Source: Rebecca billardiae RCC1528 (Eukaryota > Protista > Haptophyta). From it: a stretch of 64,000 nt of DNA. The stretch's first letter is position 1, and each line of letters opens with the position of its first letter. The translations under genes were made by a program, and so were the position numbers. The stretch lies in assembly GCA_965240325.2 (NCBI GenBank), contig OZ251233.1, positions 1,240,001 to 1,304,000 on the forward strand, given 5' to 3'. This document shows positions 22,964 to 34,499 of this stretch, in pieces. Under the pieces are notes generated by a model. The model was not told where the DNA came from and made no database searches. It saw only the letters and a program-made list of their open reading frames with translations.

Positions 22964-25002
22964 CACAGTAAAGAAATCGATTTTCGGCGTTACCGTAACC
23001 CGTCCGCGCTTCCGCCCAGTGGGGATGCGCTGGAATTTTTTTCATGCCCCGTTCGCGGCACTTCGCGCCGCCACAGTGGAGAAAGATCGGGCCGAAGCCC
23101 GTTTGAGCATGGTCGTTCGTGCGCACGCCCATTCGAATCGATGGCGCGCTCCGAGCGGCGGGCGTGCGCGCATTTTTGCCGCGAGGGGGGCTGCGAGGCG
23201 TCGGCCGGCTTACCAAGGCGGTTCCCCGGGGCGGCGTCACCCTCGCCCGCCCCTCCTCGCCCACCCTCGCTCCACGGGCGGCCACACGTGAGCTGTTAAG
23301 ATGACTTCACGGGGGCCGCGCGGCACGCGCGCGGAGAGGCGAGGAAGTGGTGTTTCGCGGAAAAACGTTCTATAGCATTGTGCTCAACCCATGTGGGCAC
23401 CCGCTCCACAAGTTTGTACGCCGCCAAACCGCACACAGCGGCCTGAGCAGCTCCCAGACTGACTTTCGCTCTTGAAGCCTGTTTTTGGGCCAGATCTTGG
23501 TGTGGATGTAGCGCGGCGAGGAGGCGCCGGGCGCGCGCCCGAGCTGCGTGCTGGCACTCGCCATGACCCATAGGCATCGTCCGTCGCGAACGACCCGGCT
23601 CGCCTCGACCTCTCCGACCCGCCGGGCAGCCACGACCGAGCGCGCAGCCAACGGTGTCCAAACAGAGGCTTCTCAGACCGCGTGGGATGGGCATAGGCGC
23701 GAGAGAGGGCGCCCAGCGCGCTCTTGGGATGCACAGGAGCACGCACTGATGCGTATGGAACCATCCCATCACGATCGCCCCGACCTGGCGCGCCCTATCT
23801 GGCCCGTCAGGCTGCCCGCGCCGCCGCCGCCGCACCACGCCGCCGCCACAGGCGCCGCCGCATCGCGGGCACGTGGGTAAGTCTGTATTCAACAAATACA
23901 GAATTTCCGGTGCGGCCCTCTTTTGGGCGGCAAGGTCGATCTGGTCGACACCTGCCGCGCGGCATGGGCCACGGCGCGGCGAGGTGGCGGCTGGCGCACC
24001 GCTGCGCGGGCGGGATGGCTCGAGGACACCACCGCCCCGCCTCCCACGCCGCGCCGAGCGCGTGCGCCGTGCTCTCGTCGCGTACCGAATTTCCTGCGGC
24101 GAGCGACGCCACACAGCGCGACCATGCCATCGCGCGACGAGGTGCGTTCAGCTCAGCGATTTGTCGTATTTGTTGAATACATGCGGGTACGAATCGGACG
24201 CACGACGCCCTTGACGCACACGTCGAGAGCCACGCGCGCGGCGTGGACTGGCACGCGACGCGGAGATGGCGGGCGCGGTGCCGCGGGCGCGCGACTGGTC
24301 TAGAACAGCACAATGAAGCGTGGGACGGCGCCGCGCGCGTGGGCTCGCTGCCGTCTCCTCGCAGTCGAATATTTCTGTGCACCCTCCTACCAGGTTACAG
24401 TCGACCGACTTGCACGCGGCATGCGAGCACTGCGTGCGGGGAGGAGTGTGACATGGCAGGCTGTGGCGAGGTGGATGGCCGTGCAGGAGTATGCTAGGAA
24501 GGGCCGCTCCTGCGCTCGCGCGGTGCCTCGCGCACGCCTCGTCGAGGACGAGCGTGTTTGAATGGCTCCGGGGAGGCCTGAGACTTCGCTTGTTCACAGC
24601 AGCGCGCGACAGGTGCACACAACGAAGGTGACGACCAGGCACTCCGGCGAGGGCGGCTGTGCTGGCAGCAGACTGCATTCGGAGTAAGATGCGCCATCTT
24701 ACGCGCCGCTTCGCCTCGCTGCATCGCCGCACTGAGCAGCAGGGCTCCACGCTCACGAATGGCTCACCACGAGCTACGTGACCGGCCAGCCGCGTGCAAC
24801 CCGGCGAGGCAGAGAGGGGCGGAGGGATGGGGAGGCTGGGTGGGATGTTGCAGTCCCATGCCCGGGGCACTCGCCAGGCGCCTGCGCGACCACCGTAGCG
24901 TCGTCTGTGCGCTCGTGCGGCCCGCGCGAGAATTTCCCCGAAAATCGGCTCGTGTCGGACGCCTCGGACGGGTTACGGTAACGATAATCCCGTTTTTGTT
25001 CA

Positions 25003-25007
<5 letters not shown>
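22964..25007. mobile_element. 2.0-kb non-autonomous DNA transposon with CACAGT...ACTGTG termini (EnSpm/CACTA- or Transib-like) in a TA repeat
   Basis: ~43-bp imperfect TIRs sharing CACAGT and CGTTACCGTAACCCGTCCG. TA on both sides. Internal inverted 15-mer GTATTCAACAAATAC at ~23885 and ~24166. Confidence 0.85.

Positions 25008-25094
<87 letters not shown>
25008..25094. repeat. (TA)n microsatellite
   Basis: Directly visible. Confidence 0.98.
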
Positions 25095-25097
<3 letters not shown>

Positions 25098-25856
25098 TAG
25101 CCGTCCTCGTGAACGCCGACGCCAACTGCTGGCCGAAGGTGGGCACGCCGCCTGGCATGTCGATGCCGAGGCGGCTGCGTGTGTTCCTACTCAGTGGGAT
25201 TTACGTGTCCTCATGCCTTGGCGAGCGGCAGCAGATGCGGTGGGCATGCCGCTCGCCGTCGACGAGACGCGGTGCGTGAGTGATCCCGTTTCATGGTGTG
25301 TTGGGGAGCACCGCGTGGAGGAGAAATCCCATTGAGTGATGGGAAGGAAAGGGGCAAGGCACGTGTGAGTCGCGCACGCACGAGGGCCGGCCAGCGGGGG
25401 CTGGGCAGGTGGGGCAGTGCGAGTGAGATGGAACCCGAAGAGGAGAGATAGCAGGCAGCCCGCCCCGCGGGCGCGGCGCTGCGGAAGCAGGAGAAGGCTA
25501 GACGGCCTTTGCGGATGCTGTGAATGGCCCGCGGGTGCGCACGGGGCCCGGCGCGCGGTGTGCCGCCAGCGGTCCTTGTGTAGGAGCCGGCTGGCGTTGG
25601 CACCGGGGCGATCCCGAGGCAGGGCGGGAGAGCCGCCGCCGCCGGCGACGCAGGGCCACGAGCCCGGCTGCAGCCATCTCGCGCGCCCGCGCCTGGCGAA
25701 GCAGCCAGGGGGCGCCGGAAACAGCAGATCTCCGCGGCGACAAACCCGGACAGACTGTTTGTCCGGGAGCAGCGCTTTGAGGCGATGGTCTGGTAGAGGG
25801 CGATGTGGCTGATGAGCGGCGCTGGCGCCCGGCGTTCTTGTCGTCCTCTTAGACAA

Positions 25857-27024
25857 TCAGTTATTGTACCAATAACCCCACATATATGATCGGCTACGCC
25901 GATCTTCGGGTAGTAAACAACGAAGTTGAGGGCGCACGGCCCTGGGCATCGCGCGCAGGTGCTTGACGAGCTGGTTCGGCACCGTGTTGATGCCGAGCTT
26001 TACGGTCATACGGTGAGGTGGCTGCCCGACGGGCTCGGGCTCGTGAGGTGAGCGAGCGCGCGCTTCAGCTGCGCGCGCCTGCGCGCGGCGTCGGTGCTCG
26101 ATGCTTGGCCACGCGCGCTTGTGGATGCGGGGGCCCGCCTTGCTGATGGTGGGCGAAACGGCGATGCGCCGCCGTATCTCCGCCGCCCGGCTCACCGACA
26201 CCGGCAGCACGCGGCTCACGAAGGCGTCGCACGGCATGTGGAAGTCGGCCGCGTGCACGCCCATGAAGTCGGTCACCGCGACGTCCTGCGCGGTCAGCGT
26301 CCTCGCGGCCGCGGCCGCGTCGGCTGCGCCCGTCACCTTGATCTGCGCCACATGGCGCGCACAGCGGAAGCGGCAGCACTAACGTCGCCAGCGCGCCCGC
26401 GTCCAGTTCGACGCGCCGCGTGCCGAGATGCCACGCCGATCGCAGCTCGAGCTCGTCGACAAGCGTCTGCTGGCCGGCGCCGCCCCACCAGTAGGCGTGC
26501 TTGGAAAGCCGCAGCAGCTTGAGCTTCGCGGTGACGCACAACTGTTGCATCTCGGACACGAGCGGCGCGACCGCCGCGAACCACACCCTCCGCCGCGTCG
26601 CCGGCTTCGTGAAGGACGGGTCGTCGTACTCCATCGGCACGCGCGCGTGCGCGCGCGCGCTCCCGCCCTCGTCTGTGCGCAGGTGCAGCTTTTTGTCGCC
26701 GCTCGTGCGCGCCCGTTCGGCATAGCGTGCAGTCCATGATGTACAGTCCATGATCAAATTCGAATGTCGCCGCCACGTCGTCCTCCGGCCGCACAGCCGC
26801 CGTCTCGCATCGGCGCCGCCATCGCGCCGCCGATGGCCGCGCGCCGCCAGCGGCGCGTCCAGGACGGCGCCCATCGCGGCAAAGTCGACGTCCGCGTCGA
26901 GCGCGACGGATGCGAGTGCGTCATCGAACCCGCCAGCGCCTTCTCTCGGCTCGGGCGGCGGCCGCGACCGCGGCGGATCGGGCGGCAGCGAGGCGTCGCC
27001 GTCGCCCGGCCGGGCGTCGTCCAT
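25857..27024 (-). pseudogene. Frameshifted gene remnant of unknown family inside the 7.2-kb TIR element
   Basis: Protein-like segments in different frames (MEYDDPSFTKPATRRRVWFAAVAPLVSEMQQLC... and VTDFMGVHAADFHMPCDAFVSRVLP...) and a 14-bp tandem duplication at ~26730-26755. Confidence 0.45.
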
Positions 27025-28544
27025 GCCTAGCGCAGCCTGCGCGCGCGAGCTCCGCGGCGAGGCGGGCGGAGACGGTGCCGGGCCAGGAGAGAAGGGACGC
27101 GCGGTGAGCGTCCACGGGCCGCCTCGGCAAGCCGATGTCCGCGCGTACCGGGGGCGCCCTGGGCGCCGCGAGGCGGGCGCGCGGCGGCGGCACCCGCTTC
27201 TTTCTCGCCGCGACACGCGGGTGCCGGCGGTGTCTACGCAAGCCAACTGCCGAGTCCGACCGTGCGCCTGCCCGCGTATGTACACCCTTTTCAGAGAAGT
27301 AGAGAACTCTTATGACTTATTAGTCAATAGAGGAGAATCCAGAAGGGTCGTACGTGAAGCGGTAGAAATTCTCAAGCACACGAGGTTTTCAGGCCCGGCC
27401 ATCATTGTTGATGAGCGAATTCAGGCCTCATCAACAAATGATCATATGGGTCGAGAGCGAGAATGTTCGCCTTCAGGCTATGTCTTTCATCTGAAATACA
27501 AGAATTGGATTGCCACCGAACCAAATGTTTGGTTCGCTTTATGCAGAATCTCGTTTCAGTTGAATGGCGGGCGATCGTCTTTCGTTGAAACGGTGTTTTT
27601 GAAGCGCAGTTCTCTTAAGAGGAGAGGGATGCGTCTAATCTAAAACGCTGTTTTTCAGAAGCGCGTGAATCAAAGCCGACCCAACCTCTTGTTTTTATGG
27701 TTGGCGAGCTGTTTCAGGCTCTTACAATTCAGGCATCTTACTACGACGGAATGTTCCAACACACGGCTGGTGTTATGTGCTATTCCGCCCTGCATTCCCC
27801 TAAGTGTTACTATCGTTAAAATTAGCATCTACTACAAACGCAATCATTGCGGCAGCGATATCCACTCATACGTACGAAGGCCACCCACAAAAATCCCCAA
27901 AATTCTGCGCGCATCCTCTTTTTGATTTTGCGGAGCACGTGCGCCGCCCCCCCCCCCCCCCCCCCCCCGGCTTTCGCTCACGCTCAGACCTTTCGGGGGG
28001 GGGGCGTGCGCCATTAATCAGGTTAAAAGGGGCGCGTATAATTTGAAATACTATTTACCGGTAAGATTCCGTCCAAAAATCCATACGGGTCGTAGCGTTT
28101 TGCGCGGCCTCGCGCCTAATATCAGCGTTTCGCTTCGAAGATGCGTCTCTTATTCTTAAGTAAACTGTAGGCGCGCTGAAAGATGGCGTCTTTGGCGCTT
28201 CATTCAAAGATACCGGTCGCCCCATAGGATTTCGATGAGATCTTACATGTGTATTGATCAAGGGGCTTAACCAAATACCAACCACGATCACACACCCCAC
28301 TTCAAGCGGCAGAAGAGCCGATCCACAAACTCTCTTTCCTACTTACATACAGTATGATGTAGCTATACTCATTCTATGATTTAACGACACAGGTAGGACG
28401 ACGCGGGTCGCTCCTGATTCGTCGGCGGCAGTGCCCGATCGTCGACACGAAGTCGGCGTTGGTGGCAGAGCATAGCCTGCACCGCGATCGTAAAGCTTGA
28501 GCGCGCTGATTGAGTCTTATTATTGCATGTAAATAACACGCCTG

Positions 28545-30359
28545 CTAGTGTCGTTTTTTGCTGCTGGCAATCTGCTTCAGCATCTCACGCACCCTGTGCA
28601 GTGCGCGTTCGTCAAATCCCAGAGATGCATTGCAACATGTAGCCTGGAAGCTCTGGTAGTCGAAGGCCTCAGCTGGATCAACGTATGGCAACCTGCGAGC
28701 GGCACCAGGGGGAATGCAGGACTCGTCTTGCACAGAATGATGAGTCTTCACGGTCTTGCCCCTGGTCCTGGAGAAGACTGATTTCATGGCGCACGGTGTC
28801 CAGAGCATGGTGCGACGTCCCAGCTTCGAAGCACATGCGCTTTCTTTCGGGCCATTGTCAATGGCCATTTGGACCATGGGTGAAGATACTTCGATCACCT
28901 GCTCTTGCGAGGTTTTTGAGCCAACAAGCACATCAGAAGTCCAGGCAGCGTGCCAGTTGCGAAAGCGGTTGGTGTCGATTGCCACGGTCACACTCGACCC
29001 CAGGCGCTCAAAGGCAGGGCAACAGAGCTGGTCCTCGGTCTCTCGAGTCACCACAATCTCAAGTTGGCATCCATGGCCAGCCACAGTCGCATTCATCCAC
29101 TCAAAGAGGCTTAGGAAGGCCACCTCCGGCAGTGACTTCCCGCTCCCTGCTCCACCTCGCATGTGCACAAAGGCAGACACCCTGCCCTGGCCACTTGCCT
29201 CCATGGCAGGGTTAAGGCCCCATGGGGAGAGGATTGGCACCAGCGCACGCATGCTGCCATACCACTCACTGAACCGGCCAGCGCCTGCACACGTGAGTTC
29301 TTTCTCAGGCAGGACGTCCTCGCCCTTTCTCGACTGGTGATCCACCCACCTGTCAAGTTGACCCAGCACCGGCCCTTGCCCTTGGAGCACGTTGTTGTGG
29401 CGGTGAGTGAGCTGCGCTCGAGCCAGTGCACTGCCCTGGAGGATGGACTTGACTGAGAAGCTCGTCTTCGTCAGGTTTTGCACACCGCACACCTCCTCCA
29501 CCTCCTCCAAGCATGATTGAAACCGCAGCCTGCCATCCAGGACCTCCGGGTAAAAGTCTCGCACGAAGCGCAGGATCCGTGGGTAGCCTAGGACGTGCAC
29601 ACGCCCGTATGGCATGTGGCTTGAAACATGGTCTGCAACGAAGTCGAGCATGGCATGCTCCTGCTTCAAGAGGGCGGATGGCGAGTTAAAGATCGGCGTA
29701 GTGAGGTTGAGGAATGTCTGGTTGCAAAAGCCAGGAGCCAGGACCACACGCCGCCGCTCCACCTCAGCCAGAGCTGCGAGCTCGACCCCCACCCAGTCAG
29801 CGTGCTGCGGACAGCGGAGGCGCAGATGCGCACCCTCAGAGCAGCTGCTCGCACGATGGACGTACTTGAGCAGACGGCCTACTGCCATCGCGCTCTCAGG
29901 CGGAAGGACATGGAATAGGCCGTCGGCTCCTCTGTTGGTGCCAAGTGCAGTCGTCGTGTTGGGTAGACCTGCTGTGTCGACGATGACCGCACTGCTCGTG
30001 TGAGACGCCAGTGCACGCAGGTCAAGTGAACCCTGGATGGAGCACGTGCCATTGCGGGTCACGAGGGAGAGGGCGGAAAGCGCGTAGGGTTCATGGTCGC
30101 GTCGAACGTAGGGGTACTTGTTCGTTTTCTCAAACACGCCGGGCAAAATCGGATGCACTCTGTTCTGGTCCTTGTCGGAGCGAGTCGGCGGCCGCTGTCG
30201 TTGGCGCTGAGAGCGCGGCAGCCCTTGTCGCTGCTGTGACCGCTGAGACGGCAAGTGCAGACGAATGCTCGCAGGCGCCTCGGCTATGTCACCAGCCGGG
30301 TCGCGGCGAGCCTGAATGAGCACAGCGCCAAGCATCGCGACGCACAGCCATCGAGACAT
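28545..30359 (-). CDS. Second intact copy of the 1436-3292 gene
   Basis: 604 aa, near-identical, with in-frame indels only. 3' flank homology extends to ~28346. Confidence 0.75.
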   Translation of the reverse strand: MSRWLCVAMLGAVLIQARRDPAGDIAEAPASIRLHLPSQRSQQRQGLPRSQRQRQRPPTRSDKDQNRVHPILPGVFEKTNKYPYVRRDHEPYALSALSLVTRNGTCSIQGSLDLRALASHTSSAVIVDTAGLPNTTTALGTNRGADGLFHVLPPESAMAVGRLLKYVHRASSCSEGAHLRLRCPQHADWVGVELAALAEVERRRVVLAPGFCNQTFLNLTTPIFNSPSALLKQEHAMLDFVADHVSSHMPYGRVHVLGYPRILRFVRDFYPEVLDGRLRFQSCLEEVEEVCGVQNLTKTSFSVKSILQGSALARAQLTHRHNNVLQGQGPVLGQLDRWVDHQSRKGEDVLPEKELTCAGAGRFSEWYGSMRALVPILSPWGLNPAMEASGQGRVSAFVHMRGGAGSGKSLPEVAFLSLFEWMNATVAGHGCQLEIVVTRETEDQLCCPAFERLGSSVTVAIDTNRFRNWHAAWTSDVLVGSKTSQEQVIEVSSPMVQMAIDNGPKESACASKLGRRTMLWTPCAMKSVFSRTRGKTVKTHHSVQDESCIPPGAARRLPYVDPAEAFDYQSFQATCCNASLGFDERALHRVREMLKQIASSKKRH

Positions 30360-30559
30360 TTCTTCTGCTTATGGGGGTACTGCAAGCAAGGGGGTTTGCA
30401 AGGGCGTTCCCGCAGGATCCTGCCACACGCTCCCCCCCCAGGGTGTGCCCGAGGTACAACCCAGCGGCTATGTACCATTTAGACGACTTTGTTCCACTAC
30501 CATGTGCCCCACGGACGCCACGAGGTCCACGACGGGGCCGCCGACGGCATGCTTCAACT

Positions 30560-31020
30560 TTCGGACCCGCGGGCTCTCAGCGCGCGCGCCGAGTCAGAGC
30601 CGCTGCCTGGTGAGCCGTGTGAGTCGGGCTAACGGCATCATGCATTCTAGACACTACATACATGCAGTAGACCACCTCAGGAACGGACGAACATGCTCAC
30701 TCAGCTTCCGCGCCAGCCCCAGGCGGCAGCTGCGGCTGCGCCGCCGCGGGCACCGTCGACCACTTTCGGGCCGCATGCTCTCAGCACGCACGCGGAGTCT
30801 GCTAGCAGCTGCGGCCTGGTAGGCCATTCGAGTCGGGCTGACGGCATCATACATTCCAGACATCACGTGAGTGTAGCAGCCAACCCCAGAGGCAGGTAAG
30901 CATGCTCACTAGGCCACTGTCGATGTCAGAGTCTCCAGACCCTGCGCCGCGGGCACCGTCCGGCGTTCGCCGTCGACGTCGACCCGGGTGAACATTCGGA
31001 CCGTGGGCCAGCACGCGCAC
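30560..31020. repeat. Degenerate ~210-bp tandem repeat (about 2 copies)
   Basis: GAGTCGGGCT.ACGGCATCAT.CATTC.AGACA, CATGCTCACT and CCGCGGGCACCGTC each occur twice at similar spacing. Confidence 0.65.
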
Positions 31021-31745
31021 GCGCTGCCTCCGCCTCCTTCTGCGCAGTTCGCGCGGCCTTCTTCTGGTTGAATTCCCACAACGACCACGAGTCATTCTGG
31101 CCATCATTGAGCCGCACGTTGTCCGGCTTCGGCGCGGCGACCTCTACGGCGGGCACAGGAAGGATACCGAGCTGGTCGGCGAGCTCAGCCGCGTCGAACC
31201 TCACCACCTCAGCCTAGCGCACGTCATCAAGTTCGACCTCGTGCTGCTCACGCAGGCGCGCGAGCTTGGCGGCCTGGCGTGCCGACTACTTTGGCAAGCG
31301 CAACGTTGGCGCGGAAGGCTGGAGCAATCTTCCAGCGCATCCCCGCCGGCGTGGCTGTGAACACACTCAACTTCGATGATGCGAGCGCGCCAGAGGGCTC
31401 GTTGTCGTCGGCCGAGCACGCAGCCGCGCGCCCCAACACCAGCGCATGGCAGCCGCCTTCTGCGCAACTACCGCGCACTATACCTTGTAGGTCTCCGCTT
31501 TCGCCTCAAGCGAGTACGGCTTGACGCCCTTAGCCGCCTTCATCGAGGCGCTTGCGCTGGGCCCGGCCGGCGCGCACAGCGTCAGCGCGGGCGTACCGAT
31601 CAGCGCAGCGCCTGAGCTGCGAGCGGCCGAGGACGATGCCAGCAGGCACCGCGACCCGACTGGTGACGTATACTGACGGGCACGTCACCCCACGCGCCGA
31701 CAGGCTGCTCAGCCCTGCCGCGGCGCGCCCGCCACGCACCCGCCG

Positions 31746-33494
31746 ATGAGCGAGCCACTGTCGCCATCGCCCGGGTCCGAAAAACGAAGCAGTCCGAAAA
31801 GCGAAGCAGCGACCTGTAGTCACCTTCGTCCTCGCGCGCAGAACGGCACGCGCCTCGACGCCTCCGCCGCCCGACGCTCCGCCGCGACGCGTCGTCGGAG
31901 CTGCTGGCGCGCGATGCTGGGGCGGCGCGCATGGGTTGCCGTCGTGCTTGCGCTGCGCGTCAGTCGGGGCGCGCCGGAGCCCGCGCCGCCGTCGCTCGGC
32001 GGCGCGAGCGGCGGCGCGAGCGGCTGTGCGAGCGGTGGCGCGCCGGCCGGCGAGCGCCACCCGACGTACCGCGTGGCGGTGGTGCTGCCGTGGCTGGGCA
32101 AGAACGTACCGTCGTACATGCAGCACACGCTGTCGTCGTGCGCCACCTCCGAGTACCTCTTCGACTTCTTCGTCTTCCACGAGTCCCACCCGAAGCTCGC
32201 GCGCATGCGCGTGCCGCCCAACGTGCAGCTCGTCGACCTCGGCCAAGACGGGCTCGCGCGGCAGGTGGCGACCGCGCTGGCGGCGGAAGAGGGGCTGCCG
32301 CCGACCGAGGGGGCGGCCGTGCTCCGGCACATGACGGCCATCTTCCGCAAGGTGCCGTACATGGTCGTCGAGTACAAGCCCGCGTACGGCGTCGTGTTTG
32401 CGCGCTGGCTACAGCCGTACACCCACTGGGCGTTTTCGGACACGGACGTGGTCTACGGCGATCTGCCGCTGTTCGTCACGGCGTCGGAGCTGGCGGAGTA
32501 CGACCTGGTGACGTACACGTACGGCGACCACTGGAGCCTCTTCCTCCGCGGGCAGCTCACGCTCCACCGCAACGCGCACGCCGTGAACACCGTGTACAGG
32601 GCGTGCGAGTTTGTGGGCCCGGGGCTGAGGTCTGAGCTGGTGCGCAAGCTGGAGGAGCTGGGCGCGATCGGCGCGGCGGCGGCGGCGGCGAGGCGCGGGG
32701 GGCGGAAGGTGCGGAAGCAGCGCAAGCCCGCGTTCAACCCGACCGACGAGGGCTGCTACTCCGCCGCCGCGCTCAGCCACCGGCCGCACCTGCGGATCAA
32801 GTGGCGGTACACGTTCTGGACAGACCTCAATGCCTCCGGCCCCTTTGCGCTGGTGGGCGGCTCGCTCCGCCACTGCCCGAGCGACGGCGGGCAGGGCGCG
32901 GGGCGGCGGCGCGGGGCATGCGAGCTCGGGCCCGGCGCGGACCGGGACGACTCGCCCGCCGCCGCGGCCGAGCTCCGCCACTCCGCCGGACTGCCCGGAC
33001 TTTTCGAGCCCGCGGGCGAGTGGGTGCCGGTGGCGCGCGCGCCCAACACGAGCTGCACCGCGTGGGTGAAGCAGCTCGAGTGGCGCGTGTGCACGGGCCT
33101 CGGCGGCGCGCACCTCGGCGGCGCGATGGGCGAGGAGGTGGCGTACACCGACGGCGTGCTCCGCGTGCGCGCCGCCGCGTGGCGCACGCCCGACCGGCGG
33201 TACGACCACGCCGGCATGCTGCACATGCACATGGGCAAGCGCACGAGGCGCATCTTTGCCAGCGCGCCGCCGCGCGCGCCGCGCGCCGAGCCGCCGGCCG
33301 AGCGCGCGCCGCCGCCGCGCGGGCCGACGCTCGTCGTGCTCGACCCGGCGTCCGGCCGCTCGCCCAGAGGCGGGCCGCTCCTCCCGCGCCCGCGGCAGGA
33401 GCCGCGGACCGAGGCGGAGTGGCGCGCGCTCGTCGACGACGCGTGCGCGTCGCGCTTTGGCGGCGAGCGCGTCGTTCCCGTCGCGTGCGGATGA
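31746..33494 (+). CDS. DUF6625-like putative GT-A glycosyltransferase, secreted or type II (likely start ATG 31914)
   Basis: VVLPWLGK..PSYM...SC, PPNV, EYKPAYGVVF, YTHWAFSDTDVVYGDL (DxD) and GQLTLHRN follow the DUF6625 pattern. Signal or anchor AWVAVVLAL. Confidence 0.8.
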   Translation: MSEPLSPSPGSEKRSSPKSEAATCSHLRPRAQNGTRLDASAARRSAATRRRSCWRAMLGRRAWVAVVLALRVSRGAPEPAPPSLGGASGGASGCASGGAPAGERHPTYRVAVVLPWLGKNVPSYMQHTLSSCATSEYLFDFFVFHESHPKLARMRVPPNVQLVDLGQDGLARQVATALAAEEGLPPTEGAAVLRHMTAIFRKVPYMVVEYKPAYGVVFARWLQPYTHWAFSDTDVVYGDLPLFVTASELAEYDLVTYTYGDHWSLFLRGQLTLHRNAHAVNTVYRACEFVGPGLRSELVRKLEELGAIGAAAAAARRGGRKVRKQRKPAFNPTDEGCYSAAALSHRPHLRIKWRYTFWTDLNASGPFALVGGSLRHCPSDGGQGAGRRRGACELGPGADRDDSPAAAAELRHSAGLPGLFEPAGEWVPVARAPNTSCTAWVKQLEWRVCTGLGGAHLGGAMGEEVAYTDGVLRVRAAAWRTPDRRYDHAGMLHMHMGKRTRRIFASAPPRAPRAEPPAERAPPPRGPTLVVLDPASGRSPRGGPLLPRPRQEPRTEAEWRALVDDACASRFGGERVVPVACG

Positions 33495-34499
33495 TGCTGA
33501 CGATGACTCCGATGAGCATCATCAGCTGCAGCGCGGCGCTGACGACGCCGCGTAGGCCCCGCGGTCGTACTTATGAGCAGCCCGTCGGCGTAGCTCACCG
33601 GGTCCTGACGTCGGTCAGATCGTCGTCCGGACTCCGTGTAGTGAGCGTGTATAGTGCGTGTACTGTACTGGACAGCGCCGCGTCGAGGGCGAGCGACGTC
33701 GTGCGCGCGCGCTTGGCGCCGGCGCGCGCGTCCGCGCGCTCGTCATCGCGCTCGTCATCGCCCGTCGTCAGATCGACGACAGCATGATCGGCGCGACGGC
33801 GTGAAGGGCCGTGTGGGTTCACTGGGCTTGGATCGCGAGCGTACTCGCTCAGGTCGATGAGCACCATCCGTCAAGCCTCCACCAGCGGCGGCGCGAAGGC
33901 GGGTTGCACACAGCGGCTCCCGCCGCTCGGTCGGGTGCTTGCACAGGTACCGGACATGGAGATTTCAGTAGCGGAGTCCGGATCAACTTGGACCGAAGAC
34001 TGATGCGAGATTCGGCGTGTGCGGTACAGTTTACTATGTTTTAACGTGCACACTTGGTTAAGGCGTGATTGACGCCATCCAACACTGCACAAAGACACCG
34101 CCACAAAACAGACCGGCGCAGGCAGGTGAGGGGCGCGTTGCCGCACCTCATCGAGGCGGCCATTGCAGCAAGCGGCCGCCCCGCGCTCGGAGGCACGCGC
34201 TCGAGAGCGCGCTCTGACACCACACGGGGAGGGTGCTGCACCTGGATGTTGTATCCCAGCCACCTCGAGAGTGCAGCCGCGCCAAACACCTGCCTGCGCT
34301 GTGAGCGACGCCACGTCGACTGATCGAGCCCCAGCCGAAGGGAAGAACTGGAAGATGAAGGGTGGGCAGGTCCACATGCCCGGCGTAAACTGCGCGCTGC
34401 TCGCCTGCGGAGGCAAGCAGCGCACCCCCGCCGCCTTCGCAGCAGCGGGGGCGGGGGAAAGCGGCCCCTCTCGGCTGCCGCCAGCCCCTGTCTGCCCAC

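Noticed and set aside
30926-31560. Possible gene or transposase remnant on the minus strand
   Set aside because: Only short protein-like fragments in different frames, with no recognisable motif.
33595-33867. 90-aa ORF with SIM-like motifs (VLIDL, VVDL)
   Set aside because: Too short and unsupported; it may be a decayed gene fragment.
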